Assembly: GCA_964464605.1 (NCBI GenBank)
Contig: CAYXJN010000007.1
Span: forward strand, 186,001-218,252
DNA length: 32,252 bases
Reading direction: 5' to 3'
Source: an uncultured Ignavibacteriales bacterium
GTDB taxonomy: Bacteria > Zixibacteria > MSB-5A5 > GN15 > FEB-12
Shown here: positions 1 through 7,541 of the stretch, in pieces
How the letters are laid out: each line of letters starts with the position of its first letter
How positions within the stretch are numbered: the stretch's first letter is position 1
Notes under the pieces: model-generated
Database searches by the model: none
What the model saw: only the letters and a program-made list of their open reading frames with translations
Told to the model about the DNA's origin: nothing
Made by a program: the position numbers and the translations under genes

Positions 1-2
1 GA

Positions 3-701
3 ACAGAACAGACTGAGTTTTTGGCGCAACCCTTCCGACATCGGCTGGGCGGAACGGCATAACAGCATATTCGGTTGAATACCAATAGCGCGAAGTTCAC
101 GAACCGAGTGCTGTGTCGGTTTGGTTTTGAACTCTCCAGCCGCGCGAATGAATGGCACCAGGGTTACGTGCACATACATCGTGTTGCGCGGGCCTTCTTC
201 GAGTCCCAACTGGCGAATCGCTTCCAAGAACGGTAATGATTCAATATCACCGACTGTGCCGCCGACTTCCGCGATGATGACATCCGGCGCCGGCTCGGAT
301 TTTTCAAGCCGTTTAATCCGGTTCTTGATTTCTTCTGTTACGTGCGGAATTACCTGAACAGTCGCACCCAAATAATCGCCGCGACGTTCGCGGGTAATAA
401 TGGTGTGGTAGACCTGACCGGTGGTGACGCTGTTATCTTTTTTAAGGGGTTGATCCAAAAAGCGTTCGTAATGTCCTAAATCCAGATCAGTTTCGGAACC
501 GTCATCAAGCACGAACACTTCCCCGTGCTGGTACGGGTTCATCGTTCCCGGATCGACGTTCAAATAGGGATCAAGTTTGATATTGGTAACGCGCAGTCCG
601 CGCCGTTCCAAAAGCAGTCCGATAGAGGCGGCAGCAATCCCTTTTCCTAAGGAGGAAACCACACCGCCGGTTACAAAAATATATTTAGTACTCTTTCCCA
701 T
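3..701 (-). CDS. pyrG: CTP synthase, N-terminal part (3' end runs off the window)
   Basis: Manual translation from ATG at 701: [28 protein letters not shown]...[40 protein letters not shown], the canonical PyrG synthase domain. It is absent from the ORF track because there is no stop in the window. Confidence 0.98.
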   Translation of the reverse strand, partial: MGKSTKYIFVTGGVVSSLGKGIAAASIGLLLERRGLRVTNIKLDPYLNVDPGTMNPYQHGEVFVLDDGSETDLDLGHYERFLDQPLKKDNSVTTGQVYHTIITRERRGDYLGATVQVIPHVTEEIKNRIKRLEKSEPAPDVIIAEVGGTVGDIESLPFLEAIRQLGLEEGPRNTMYVHVTLVPFIRAAGEFKTKPTQHSVRELRAIGIQPNMLLCRSAQPMSEGLRQKLSLFC

Positions 702-706
702 TTGTT

Positions 707-1456
707 TCACCGAATCCTTGGTTGTAATTGAATCTTATGAATATCGGCCGGAGTGTCAACAGAAACCGGCTTTACTTTTGCAAGATAAACGCTCATTTCC
801 CCACCTTGTTCCAAAATGCGAAGCTGTTCCAGTGATTCCGCTTTTTCCGCGTCAGTCCGTTTCCAGCGAGCGTATTGCCGCAGCGCTTCCGCGGTGAACA
901 AATAAATCCCTATATGTCCCAAAAACTGTGCCTGACCAGCCCGATTGCCGGAAGTCGGCTTTTGCAGATACGGAATCGGGTACCGGGAAAACCAGGCTGC
1001 CCGTTTTTTGGCATCTAAAACCACTTTTACCTGTGAGGGGTTGAATAACTCGGAATCATCGGTCAGCGGGAAGGCAAGTGTTCCGAACGAGCTATTCCCA
1101 TTTTTAAATTTTGTGAGCGCGGAACTGACCGGCTTGGCGAAGGGAAACAGATTGTCCCCCTGTATGTTAACATAGATTTCCGCCGGGATTTTTTTCATCA
1201 CTTCGGCTATGCGGTCACTGCCGGTGTGCGGGCGGCTGGAGCTTTTGACCGCTTCACCGCCGAAATCTTCAACGGCTTTGACAATCCGGTTGTCATCGGT
1301 CACGACAACAAGTCGATCAATGCCCTTAATTTTGCGCGCCTCATCCCACACGTAGTAAATGAGCGGTCTGCCTTTTAGAGAGAAGAGTATCTTGTTGGGG
1401 AATCGGGTAGAGCCGAGTCGGGCGGGAATCGCTGCCACGACCTTGGCCATCTTCAC
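707..1456 (-). CDS. kdsB: 3-deoxy-manno-octulosonate cytidylyltransferase (CMP-Kdo synthetase)
   Basis: Motifs [37 protein letters not shown] and SVDTPAD. It lies directly upstream of pyrG, and its GTG start overlaps the gatC stop (GTGA). Confidence 0.96.
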   Translation of the reverse strand: MKMAKVVAAIPARLGSTRFPNKILFSLKGRPLIYYVWDEARKIKGIDRLVVVTDDNRIVKAVEDFGGEAVKSSSRPHTGSDRIAEVMKKIPAEIYVNIQGDNLFPFAKPVSSALTKFKNGNSSFGTLAFPLTDDSELFNPSQVKVVLDAKKRAAWFSRYPIPYLQKPTSGNRAGQAQFLGHIGIYLFTAEALRQYARWKRTDAEKAESLEQLRILEQGGEMSVYLAKVKPVSVDTPADIHKIQLQPRIR

Positions 1457-1740
1457 CCGATAACCTTCGGGACGCGGAAGAATTTCCCATCGGAGTCAGG
1501 GGCATTCTTCAGCGCCTCTTCACGCGGGAGAGAAGGAACAACCCGGTCTTCCCGAAAACGGTTTTCAGAACCAAGCACACCGACATACGGGGCCACGCCT
1601 TCTGTATTCACTTCAGCCAATTGACCGACATAATCCAAAATTACCGTCAGTTCGGTGGTGAATTGCTCGACTTCTTTGGGGGATAACTCTAAGCGCGCCA
1701 GCTTGGCGATATGCTCGACTTGGTTCGTTGATAGCGGCAT
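1453..1740 (-). CDS. gatC: Asp-tRNA(Asn)/Glu-tRNA(Gln) amidotransferase subunit C
   Basis: Motifs VEHIAKLARL, FREDRV, ALKNAP and FFRVPKVI; 95 aa. Confidence 0.95.
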   Translation of the reverse strand: MPLSTNQVEHIAKLARLELSPKEVEQFTTELTVILDYVGQLAEVNTEGVAPYVGVLGSENRFREDRVVPSLPREEALKNAPDSDGKFFRVPKVIG

Positions 1741-1745
1741 GGGTG

Positions 1746-1774
1746 AGTATAGAGAAAAGGGCGTATCCTGTCAA
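1746..1774 (-). promoter_or_regulatory. sigma70-type promoter of gatC-kdsB-pyrG, probably giving a leaderless mRNA
   Basis: Minus strand reads TTGACA-17 nt-TATACT, then only 5 nt before the gatC ATG, with no Shine-Dalgarno. Confidence 0.75.
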
Positions 1775-1818
1775 GCCATAACGTTTTCTTACTTTTTTTC
1801 TGACTTCCCCGTCAAAGC

Positions 1819-1846
1819 CTAAAGAAAAAATCCGGCCTTCCGATAG
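1819..1846 (+). promoter_or_regulatory. putative sigma28 (FliA/SigD-type) promoter
   Basis: CTAAA (1819-1823), then 15 nt, then TCCGATAG (1839-1846), against the consensus TAAA-N15-GCCGATAA. It sits 41 nt upstream of the ORF at 1888. Confidence 0.5.
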
Positions 1847-1887
1847 TCCACTTAGAAACAAATGTGTCATTGTGAAACGACAACCGG

Positions 1888-3231
1888 ATGAAAACTATAG
1901 AGACGCTCCCCAATAGACTTTCCAAAACGGAAGCTATCGATGCTACGTCCATACTGGATGTGATCATCGGTCATCGCTTGCGCGGAAAGCTGGTCGAGCA
2001 TGATTTAACCGCACTGCGCGATGCATCTCCCGATCGCCTGTCCCTCTTTTTATTGTGCGGGGCGCAGCTTCTCTATCCGCTTGGCAATGCGGATTTGCCC
2101 CTTGAAACGATTCTTTCATCAGAAAAGCAGAATCCGCACGGCTTCTATTTACATAGCTGCATGCAAACCGAATGGTCAGTTCCGCAAAAAGGAGTCTACC
2201 ACACGGCGGCCACACCGGATGCGGCCGTTCCATATACGATTGGACTTTTCGGCGCAATGTATGACCTGCAAACAGCCGAAACCCAAAACTGGTTGCACAG
2301 AGTTGTCGAGTCACTCCATCGTGACGTAAAGGGAATGAGTGAGTCCCTTGGACGCATACTGGTTGAGTTATCCGAACCGGGATTGGCTGTTTTGTTCAGT
2401 AATTCGGAAGGATCGATTGTTACTGCTAATCCTCTTGCCTGTGAGATTATCGGAAAAAGTCAAATTGATATGGTGGGAGCGGATTACCAGTCACTGTTAA
2501 TCGAACCGGAAATCAAAAACAGAGTCGGTAAGAACAAGTTGACTTCCGTTGCGTTTGGCAGCACCACATATACGTTGATTTCTTTGGCAGCCAAACAGGA
2601 AACGACGAACAGCGCCCGGTATCAGGAATCTATTACGTTTCTCTTTCAATTACTACGGGATAAAGTTGCGGTCTGTGATATCGCTTCAGATTTACTGTCG
2701 TCCTCACTGGCGCAGATGCCTGATACGGCCCTCGGCGATATCGCTCAAACCTTAGCAAAAGAGCTGCATGACCTTCGTCTATACGTCGAGCGGTCAGAAA
2801 TGCTTGTGCACAATCGCTGGAATGTTGTTACCCGCCAGAATCTTTGTGCGCTGGTCACAATAGCAGCCGATAAATCACGATCGATGCTTCCGCGCCGCCA
2901 TGAAATCCGCACCCTTCCCTTTGAAGAAAATATCTATCATCCCTGTTCAGCTCAGGGAATCGACACCCTTTTGGAAACGGTGATCTGGCTGCATTTACAT
3001 GAGCATAATTGCTTGACGCATACATCACTTTGTCTCACCCGTAACAACCTTACGCAAATCGATGTAACGACAACATCATTGACTGATTGCAGACTGCATG
3101 AACCGAAAATTGGATGGACCACATATTTGCAGCACCTGGGTCAGGAATTGAATCTGCACATCGAAACAGTGCAGAATGACACGACCTCCGCCATAACCAC
3201 GTATATACAATTCGGTAATATAAAGGAATAA
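1888..3231 (+). CDS. PAS-domain protein with degenerate histidine-kinase-like (HisKA/HATPase) C-terminus
   Basis: PAS-like segment AVLFSNSEGSIVTANPLACEIIGKSQIDMVG. The H-box-like helix FLFQLLRDKVAVC has no His, and the HATPase-like region lacks recognisable N, G1 and G2 boxes. It ends 5 nt upstream of an NtrC-type gene. Confidence 0.55.
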   Translation: MKTIETLPNRLSKTEAIDATSILDVIIGHRLRGKLVEHDLTALRDASPDRLSLFLLCGAQLLYPLGNADLPLETILSSEKQNPHGFYLHSCMQTEWSVPQKGVYHTAATPDAAVPYTIGLFGAMYDLQTAETQNWLHRVVESLHRDVKGMSESLGRILVELSEPGLAVLFSNSEGSIVTANPLACEIIGKSQIDMVGADYQSLLIEPEIKNRVGKNKLTSVAFGSTTYTLISLAAKQETTNSARYQESITFLFQLLRDKVAVCDIASDLLSSSLAQMPDTALGDIAQTLAKELHDLRLYVERSEMLVHNRWNVVTRQNLCALVTIAADKSRSMLPRRHEIRTLPFEENIYHPCSAQGIDTLLETVIWLHLHEHNCLTHTSLCLTRNNLTQIDVTTTSLTDCRLHEPKIGWTTYLQHLGQELNLHIETVQNDTTSAITTYIQFGNIKE

Positions 3232-3236
3232 GGACA

Positions 3237-4622
3237 ATGAACGTTCGAGACACCCACGCACCCGCAGTCATTTTATTGATCGACGCCGATCAGACCAACC
3301 GCCGAATCTTGGCCGAAACGCTGCAAAAGCAGAATTATCACATTCTGGAATCTGATACCCTGAGCAGCGGCGAACTGATGCTCGGCGAGCATGATATTGA
3401 TCTGGTTGTTTCCGTTATTGCCGATGAATCGGAAACGGCAAATACTATCGCCCGTGTTCGCGCGGCGTCGATACAGACGGAAATTATCATTCTGGCAGCG
3501 AACGGTTCGATTGAGCATGCCGTCGACGCTATCCATGCCGGCGCATTCACCTATATGGTGAACCCGTATTCATTGGAATTGTTGGAAGCAAAAATTTCAA
3601 GCGCGCTGCAGCGCAGACAGATGAAGCAGGAATTGTCCGTACTCCGTGAGCATGTCGCCATGTCATACGGCTTCGACAATATCGTCGGTATTTCCCGACC
3701 GATGACCAAACTGAAAGAGACAGCCCAGCGCATAGCCTCGACCGATATCACCGTGCTCATCACCGGAGCGTCCGGTACGGGCAAGGAATTACTGGCAAAA
3801 GCGATTCATCATCATTCCCGCCGCCGCGCTAAACGGTTAGTGGTGGTCGATTGCTCGGCGATCCCGGAATCATTGATCGAATCTGAATTGTTCGGCCATT
3901 CCAAAGGATCATTCACTTCAGCCTATGATATGAAACGAGGATTGATCGAAGAGGCGGATGGCGGCACATTGTTTTTGGATGAAGTGCACAATATGCCCGC
4001 TTCGATGCAGATGAAATTCCTCCGCTTTTTGCAGGATTCCGAAATCCGCGCGATTGGCGCATCGAACTCCAAAAAAGTCGATGTCCGTATTATTGCCGCA
4101 ACCAATCGCGATTTAACGGCGATGGTTGAAGACGGCAGCTTCCGCGAGGATTTATTCTACCGCTTAAATGTCATTCCGCTTCGCATTCCGCAATTGTCGG
4201 AACGGAATGAAGATGTCGAGATATTGACTGACTACTTCCTGCGCAAAGTCGCCCGGGAAATGAATCGCGGCGAAGTTACTATCACACCGCAGGCACGCGA
4301 ACGGTTACTTGCGCACAACTGGCCCGGAAATGTACGGGAGCTGGAAAACACGATCAAACGCGCGATCGCGTTAAGCCAGAGCAACAGCATCGATGCGAAC
4401 GGCATTCAATTCATCGGTTCGTCTCCGAAGCAGTCGGTTGTCGATGCCGCCGATATGAACGTACGGCGTCCGTTGTCGGAAACGCAGCGTGATATTATCC
4501 GGAAAACACTCGAAGAAAATCAGTGGAATTTTACGCAGACAGCGCAGGAACTCGGTATCGGACGTACCACCCTCTGGCGCAAAGTAAAAAAATTCAAACT
4601 GACGCGCGAAGCGGTCGGATAA
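3237..4622 (+). CDS. sigma54-dependent Fis-family activator (receiver-AAA+-HTH) with atypical receiver
   Basis: Walker A GASGTGKE, ESELFGH, Walker B LFLDE, FREDLFYRLNV, WPGNVRELEN and C-terminal HTH TAQELGIGRTTLWRK. Confidence 0.95.
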   Translation: MNVRDTHAPAVILLIDADQTNRRILAETLQKQNYHILESDTLSSGELMLGEHDIDLVVSVIADESETANTIARVRAASIQTEIIILAANGSIEHAVDAIHAGAFTYMVNPYSLELLEAKISSALQRRQMKQELSVLREHVAMSYGFDNIVGISRPMTKLKETAQRIASTDITVLITGASGTGKELLAKAIHHHSRRRAKRLVVVDCSAIPESLIESELFGHSKGSFTSAYDMKRGLIEEADGGTLFLDEVHNMPASMQMKFLRFLQDSEIRAIGASNSKKVDVRIIAATNRDLTAMVEDGSFREDLFYRLNVIPLRIPQLSERNEDVEILTDYFLRKVAREMNRGEVTITPQARERLLAHNWPGNVRELENTIKRAIALSQSNSIDANGIQFIGSSPKQSVVDAADMNVRRPLSETQRDIIRKTLEENQWNFTQTAQELGIGRTTLWRKVKKFKLTREAVG

Positions 4623-5690
4623 TTATTCGGCGCTGGATTCAGATGTATCCCGCAGTGACGCCTGATCCCGCTCAAAACGGATTTTGAGCTTGGCGATATT
4701 GTGCTCGTCGTTGGTGCGCGAGAACTGATGTCCGCCGGTATTGTTCGCGACAAAGAACAGATACGGCGTACTGGCCGGCCGAAGCACCGCTTTAATCGCG
4801 GCTAAACCAGGTGAATTGATCGGCGTCGGCGGCAATCCGCTGTGCAAATAGGTATTGTACGGCGTATTGAATTTCAAGTCCCGCCGGGTGAGCATCCGGT
4901 TGAGTCTTCCCAATCCATACGCAACGGTCGGGTCGGCATCTAATTTCATGCCGATACGAATTCTATTTAAGTAAACCGATGCGACTATCGGTCGTTCATT
5001 ATCCAACCGCGTTTCCGCTTCTACGATTGAAGCCAGCGTAATCACTTCTTCCCGCGATAAACCATCCACAATCAACGACGGCCACAACGAATCAGTCGCT
5101 GCTTTGAACTGATGGACTAATCGAGTGATCGCAGTATGGGCATCCGTTCCCCACGGGAAATCATACGTTTCCGGAAACAGATACCCTTCCAAATACGGCA
5201 CATCGAGTTTCGCCAAAAACTGCGCATCCTCATTCATTTTCATCATCTCAGTCGAATCAAGGGCGAGTTTGCGGGAAAGAATCGAAATCGTTTCCCAGAG
5301 TGTTTGCCCTTCCGGAACAGTGACGCGAACCATCACGATATCCGCATCCAAAAACTTTTTAATAATCGATCCGACTGAAACATTGCCGGTGAAATCATAA
5401 CGACCCGGCAGCAAACGGCGATCCACCCCGCTCCACAGGGCGGCATACCAAAGCGTCGCGCGGGAACGAACAACATTCTCAAGCGTCAGTTTATCAGCAA
5501 TTTTGCCGAAGGTATCCCCCTGCTTGACGATAATCGTGACGGTTTTACTTCCCAAATCGACCGGCTCGATAAACATATGATAGCCATACGCACCGATAAC
5601 GATAATAAGAATTAAGATAATCGATCCAGCCCAGCGGATTATCCGTCCCGGTATATGTTTATGCGGCCAGTGAGGCCAGCGCGGTTTCAC
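4623..5690 (-). CDS. mltG: endolytic transglycosylase MltG (YceG family)
   Basis: N-terminal TM helix, then LEGYLFPETY, LASIVEAE, LDADPTVAY, YNTYLHSGLPPTPINSPG and YLFFVA. Confidence 0.96.
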   Translation of the reverse strand: MKPRWPHWPHKHIPGRIIRWAGSIILILIIVIGAYGYHMFIEPVDLGSKTVTIIVKQGDTFGKIADKLTLENVVRSRATLWYAALWSGVDRRLLPGRYDFTGNVSVGSIIKKFLDADIVMVRVTVPEGQTLWETISILSRKLALDSTEMMKMNEDAQFLAKLDVPYLEGYLFPETYDFPWGTDAHTAITRLVHQFKAATDSLWPSLIVDGLSREEVITLASIVEAETRLDNERPIVASVYLNRIRIGMKLDADPTVAYGLGRLNRMLTRRDLKFNTPYNTYLHSGLPPTPINSPGLAAIKAVLRPASTPYLFFVANNTGGHQFSRTNDEHNIAKLKIRFERDQASLRDTSESSAE

Positions 5691-6121
5691 AGTGTTCTTT
5701 CCCCATCCATATAACGCTGAAGAATCACAACTGCTGCAAGCCGGTCAATTGCCGCTTTCCGTTTTCCGCTTTTTTTGCCGTGACTCGTGATAACTTTGAC
5801 CGCATCACCGCTGCTGCCGAATTCATCCACCTTGTGAATCGGGCCGTTATATAATTTTTCAAGCTGCACAATAAACTGATCGATTTCATCACACATTTTG
5901 CTTTTGTCGCCGGAGGGTAACAGCGGATACCCGATAACGATGCCGTTCGGTTTTATTTCCGCCAGAATTGCCGTGATTTCGTCGAAAACCTGTTTAGCGG
6001 AATTGACCTCAATCGTTTTGTATGCGGATGCTATCAACCCTAATTCATCACTCTTCGCCAGACCGATACGGCGGCGGCCATAGTCAATAGCGAGCAGATT
6101 ACGACGTTCAACAGACTTCAT
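5687..6121 (-). CDS. ruvX: Holliday junction resolvase-like / pre-16S rRNA nuclease YqgF
   Basis: Motifs LAIDYGRRRIGLAKSD, IVIGYP, VDEFGSS and IDRLAAVVILQRY. Start placed at MKSV (6121) because the ATG at 6199 lies inside a putative -10 (TTGCCT-16-TATGTT, 6195-6222). Confidence 0.92.
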   Translation of the reverse strand: MKSVERRNLLAIDYGRRRIGLAKSDELGLIASAYKTIEVNSAKQVFDEITAILAEIKPNGIVIGYPLLPSGDKSKMCDEIDQFIVQLEKLYNGPIHKVDEFGSSGDAVKVITSHGKKSGKRKAAIDRLAAVVILQRYMDGERTL

Positions 6122-6236
6122 AGTAAAAACAGCAGAGGACTCTTGTTCCGATTGCCACATAGGTGATACGACTCTCCCACTCCAATGCGGCTGGAACATA
6201 CCGCCTGGGGAAAGCGAGGCAAACTAAAATTATCGC

Positions 6237-7499
6237 TTAGGTTTTGCGCTCTTTGCGCTTGGCTGCGGGGAATAAGACGTTATTCAGAATCAACCGATAG
6301 CCGGGAGAGTGTTTGTGCAGTGATAAATCAGTCGGCGGATCGCTGACACGATGTTCATAATCCTCCGGATCATGCCCGGAATAAAACGTAAAGGTGCCGC
6401 GCCCAAGATTTCCGTGCACGTACCGCACCTCATCGAAATTATCCGGCTGTCCCAAAATCGTGACGTACTTTTTCAAGAGTGACTTTTTGAATCCGGTGGT
6501 CTGCCCCATGAATCCATCGACGGTATTGGTATGGCATTGCGTCAGCATCGTCGGCACCGGATCAAGCTTGGCGGCAAAATCGAACAGGAAAAAGTAGTCA
6601 TCTTCTTGTCGCGTGAAGCGCACCATCCGCTCAGGGTAGGTGTCGATATCGGAAATCCGATAGGCGAACGGATCAAAATTCGGCGTAAAATTTTCAAAGG
6701 CGAAAGTTAGTGAATAATCGAGTTTAGAAACGGCGTTCGGTTCCACCGGGTCACCGTCAAATTCTTTCGGCACAATATCGACATTGGTGGCCGCTAACGC
6801 GACATCTATTGAGGAGGGTGCGGAACACATTTGGAACATCATTCCGCCGCGCCGAACATAATCATAAATCTTGGTCGCGACCGCCCGTTTTAGCTCGGAG
6901 ACTTTGGAAAACCCCATTTTATGGGCCATCGCCTCGTTCGCTTTGACATCCTCCTGATACCACAACTGTGCGCGGAATGCGCCGTAGAATTTTCCGTACT
7001 GGCCGGTGAAATCTTCATGGTGGCAATGCAGCCAGTCATATTCTTCCAGCTTGCCGGTAAGAACATCTTCATCCCAAATTTCCGTGTACTTAATCCCGGC
7101 ATAGGTCAGCGCGAGGGTGACAGCATCATCCCACGGCTGCGAATTATGCGGGACATAGACGGCAATTCGCGGCGCTTTTTCAAGCTCCACCCGCTCCATG
7201 TTGCTTACTTCGATTTCCCGGTAAATATCCGCTTCCTGACCGGATGTTACCGGTTCGTAGGTCACCCCGGCTAACAGACAAAGGTCCCGGTTCGCCTGGT
7301 TATCATCAAGAATAAACGATCCGGCCCGGTAATTGAGCAGCCACTGCCCTTTGGAGCCTTTGTCGAGGGAATTGAAAACGACGCCGTACGCCTTGAGATG
7401 GTCAGCTTGGGCGTCATCCATCGGAATCAACAAATCCGCGGCAGCCGTCGGCTGTTTTATAAGGAAAACGAGAGCTAGTACTAAGACTATTTTACGCAT
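6237..7499 (-). CDS. exported conserved protein with class I glutamine-amidotransferase-like domain (family often mis-annotated as asparagine synthetase B)
   Basis: Signal peptide; motifs HLKAYG, WLLNYRAGSF, WDDAVTLALTYA, HHEDFTGQYGKF, MCSA (possible nucleophile elbow), GHDPEDY and GYRLILNNVLFPAA. Confidence 0.7.
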   Translation of the reverse strand: MRKIVLVLALVFLIKQPTAAADLLIPMDDAQADHLKAYGVVFNSLDKGSKGQWLLNYRAGSFILDDNQANRDLCLLAGVTYEPVTSGQEADIYREIEVSNMERVELEKAPRIAVYVPHNSQPWDDAVTLALTYAGIKYTEIWDEDVLTGKLEEYDWLHCHHEDFTGQYGKFYGAFRAQLWYQEDVKANEAMAHKMGFSKVSELKRAVATKIYDYVRRGGMMFQMCSAPSSIDVALAATNVDIVPKEFDGDPVEPNAVSKLDYSLTFAFENFTPNFDPFAYRISDIDTYPERMVRFTRQEDDYFFLFDFAAKLDPVPTMLTQCHTNTVDGFMGQTTGFKKSLLKKYVTILGQPDNFDEVRYVHGNLGRGTFTFYSGHDPEDYEHRVSDPPTDLSLHKHSPGYRLILNNVLFPAAKRKERKT

Positions 7500-7506
7500 G
7501 GTGGTA

Positions 7507-7512
7507 ATTATA
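7507..7512 (-). promoter_or_regulatory. putative -10 element, likely leaderless transcript
   Basis: Perfect TATAAT 7 nt before the ATG at 7499, with no SD. No convincing -35. Confidence 0.45.
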
Positions 7513-7541
7513 CGGGGTTTATGAAACTACGTTGCAGAAAT

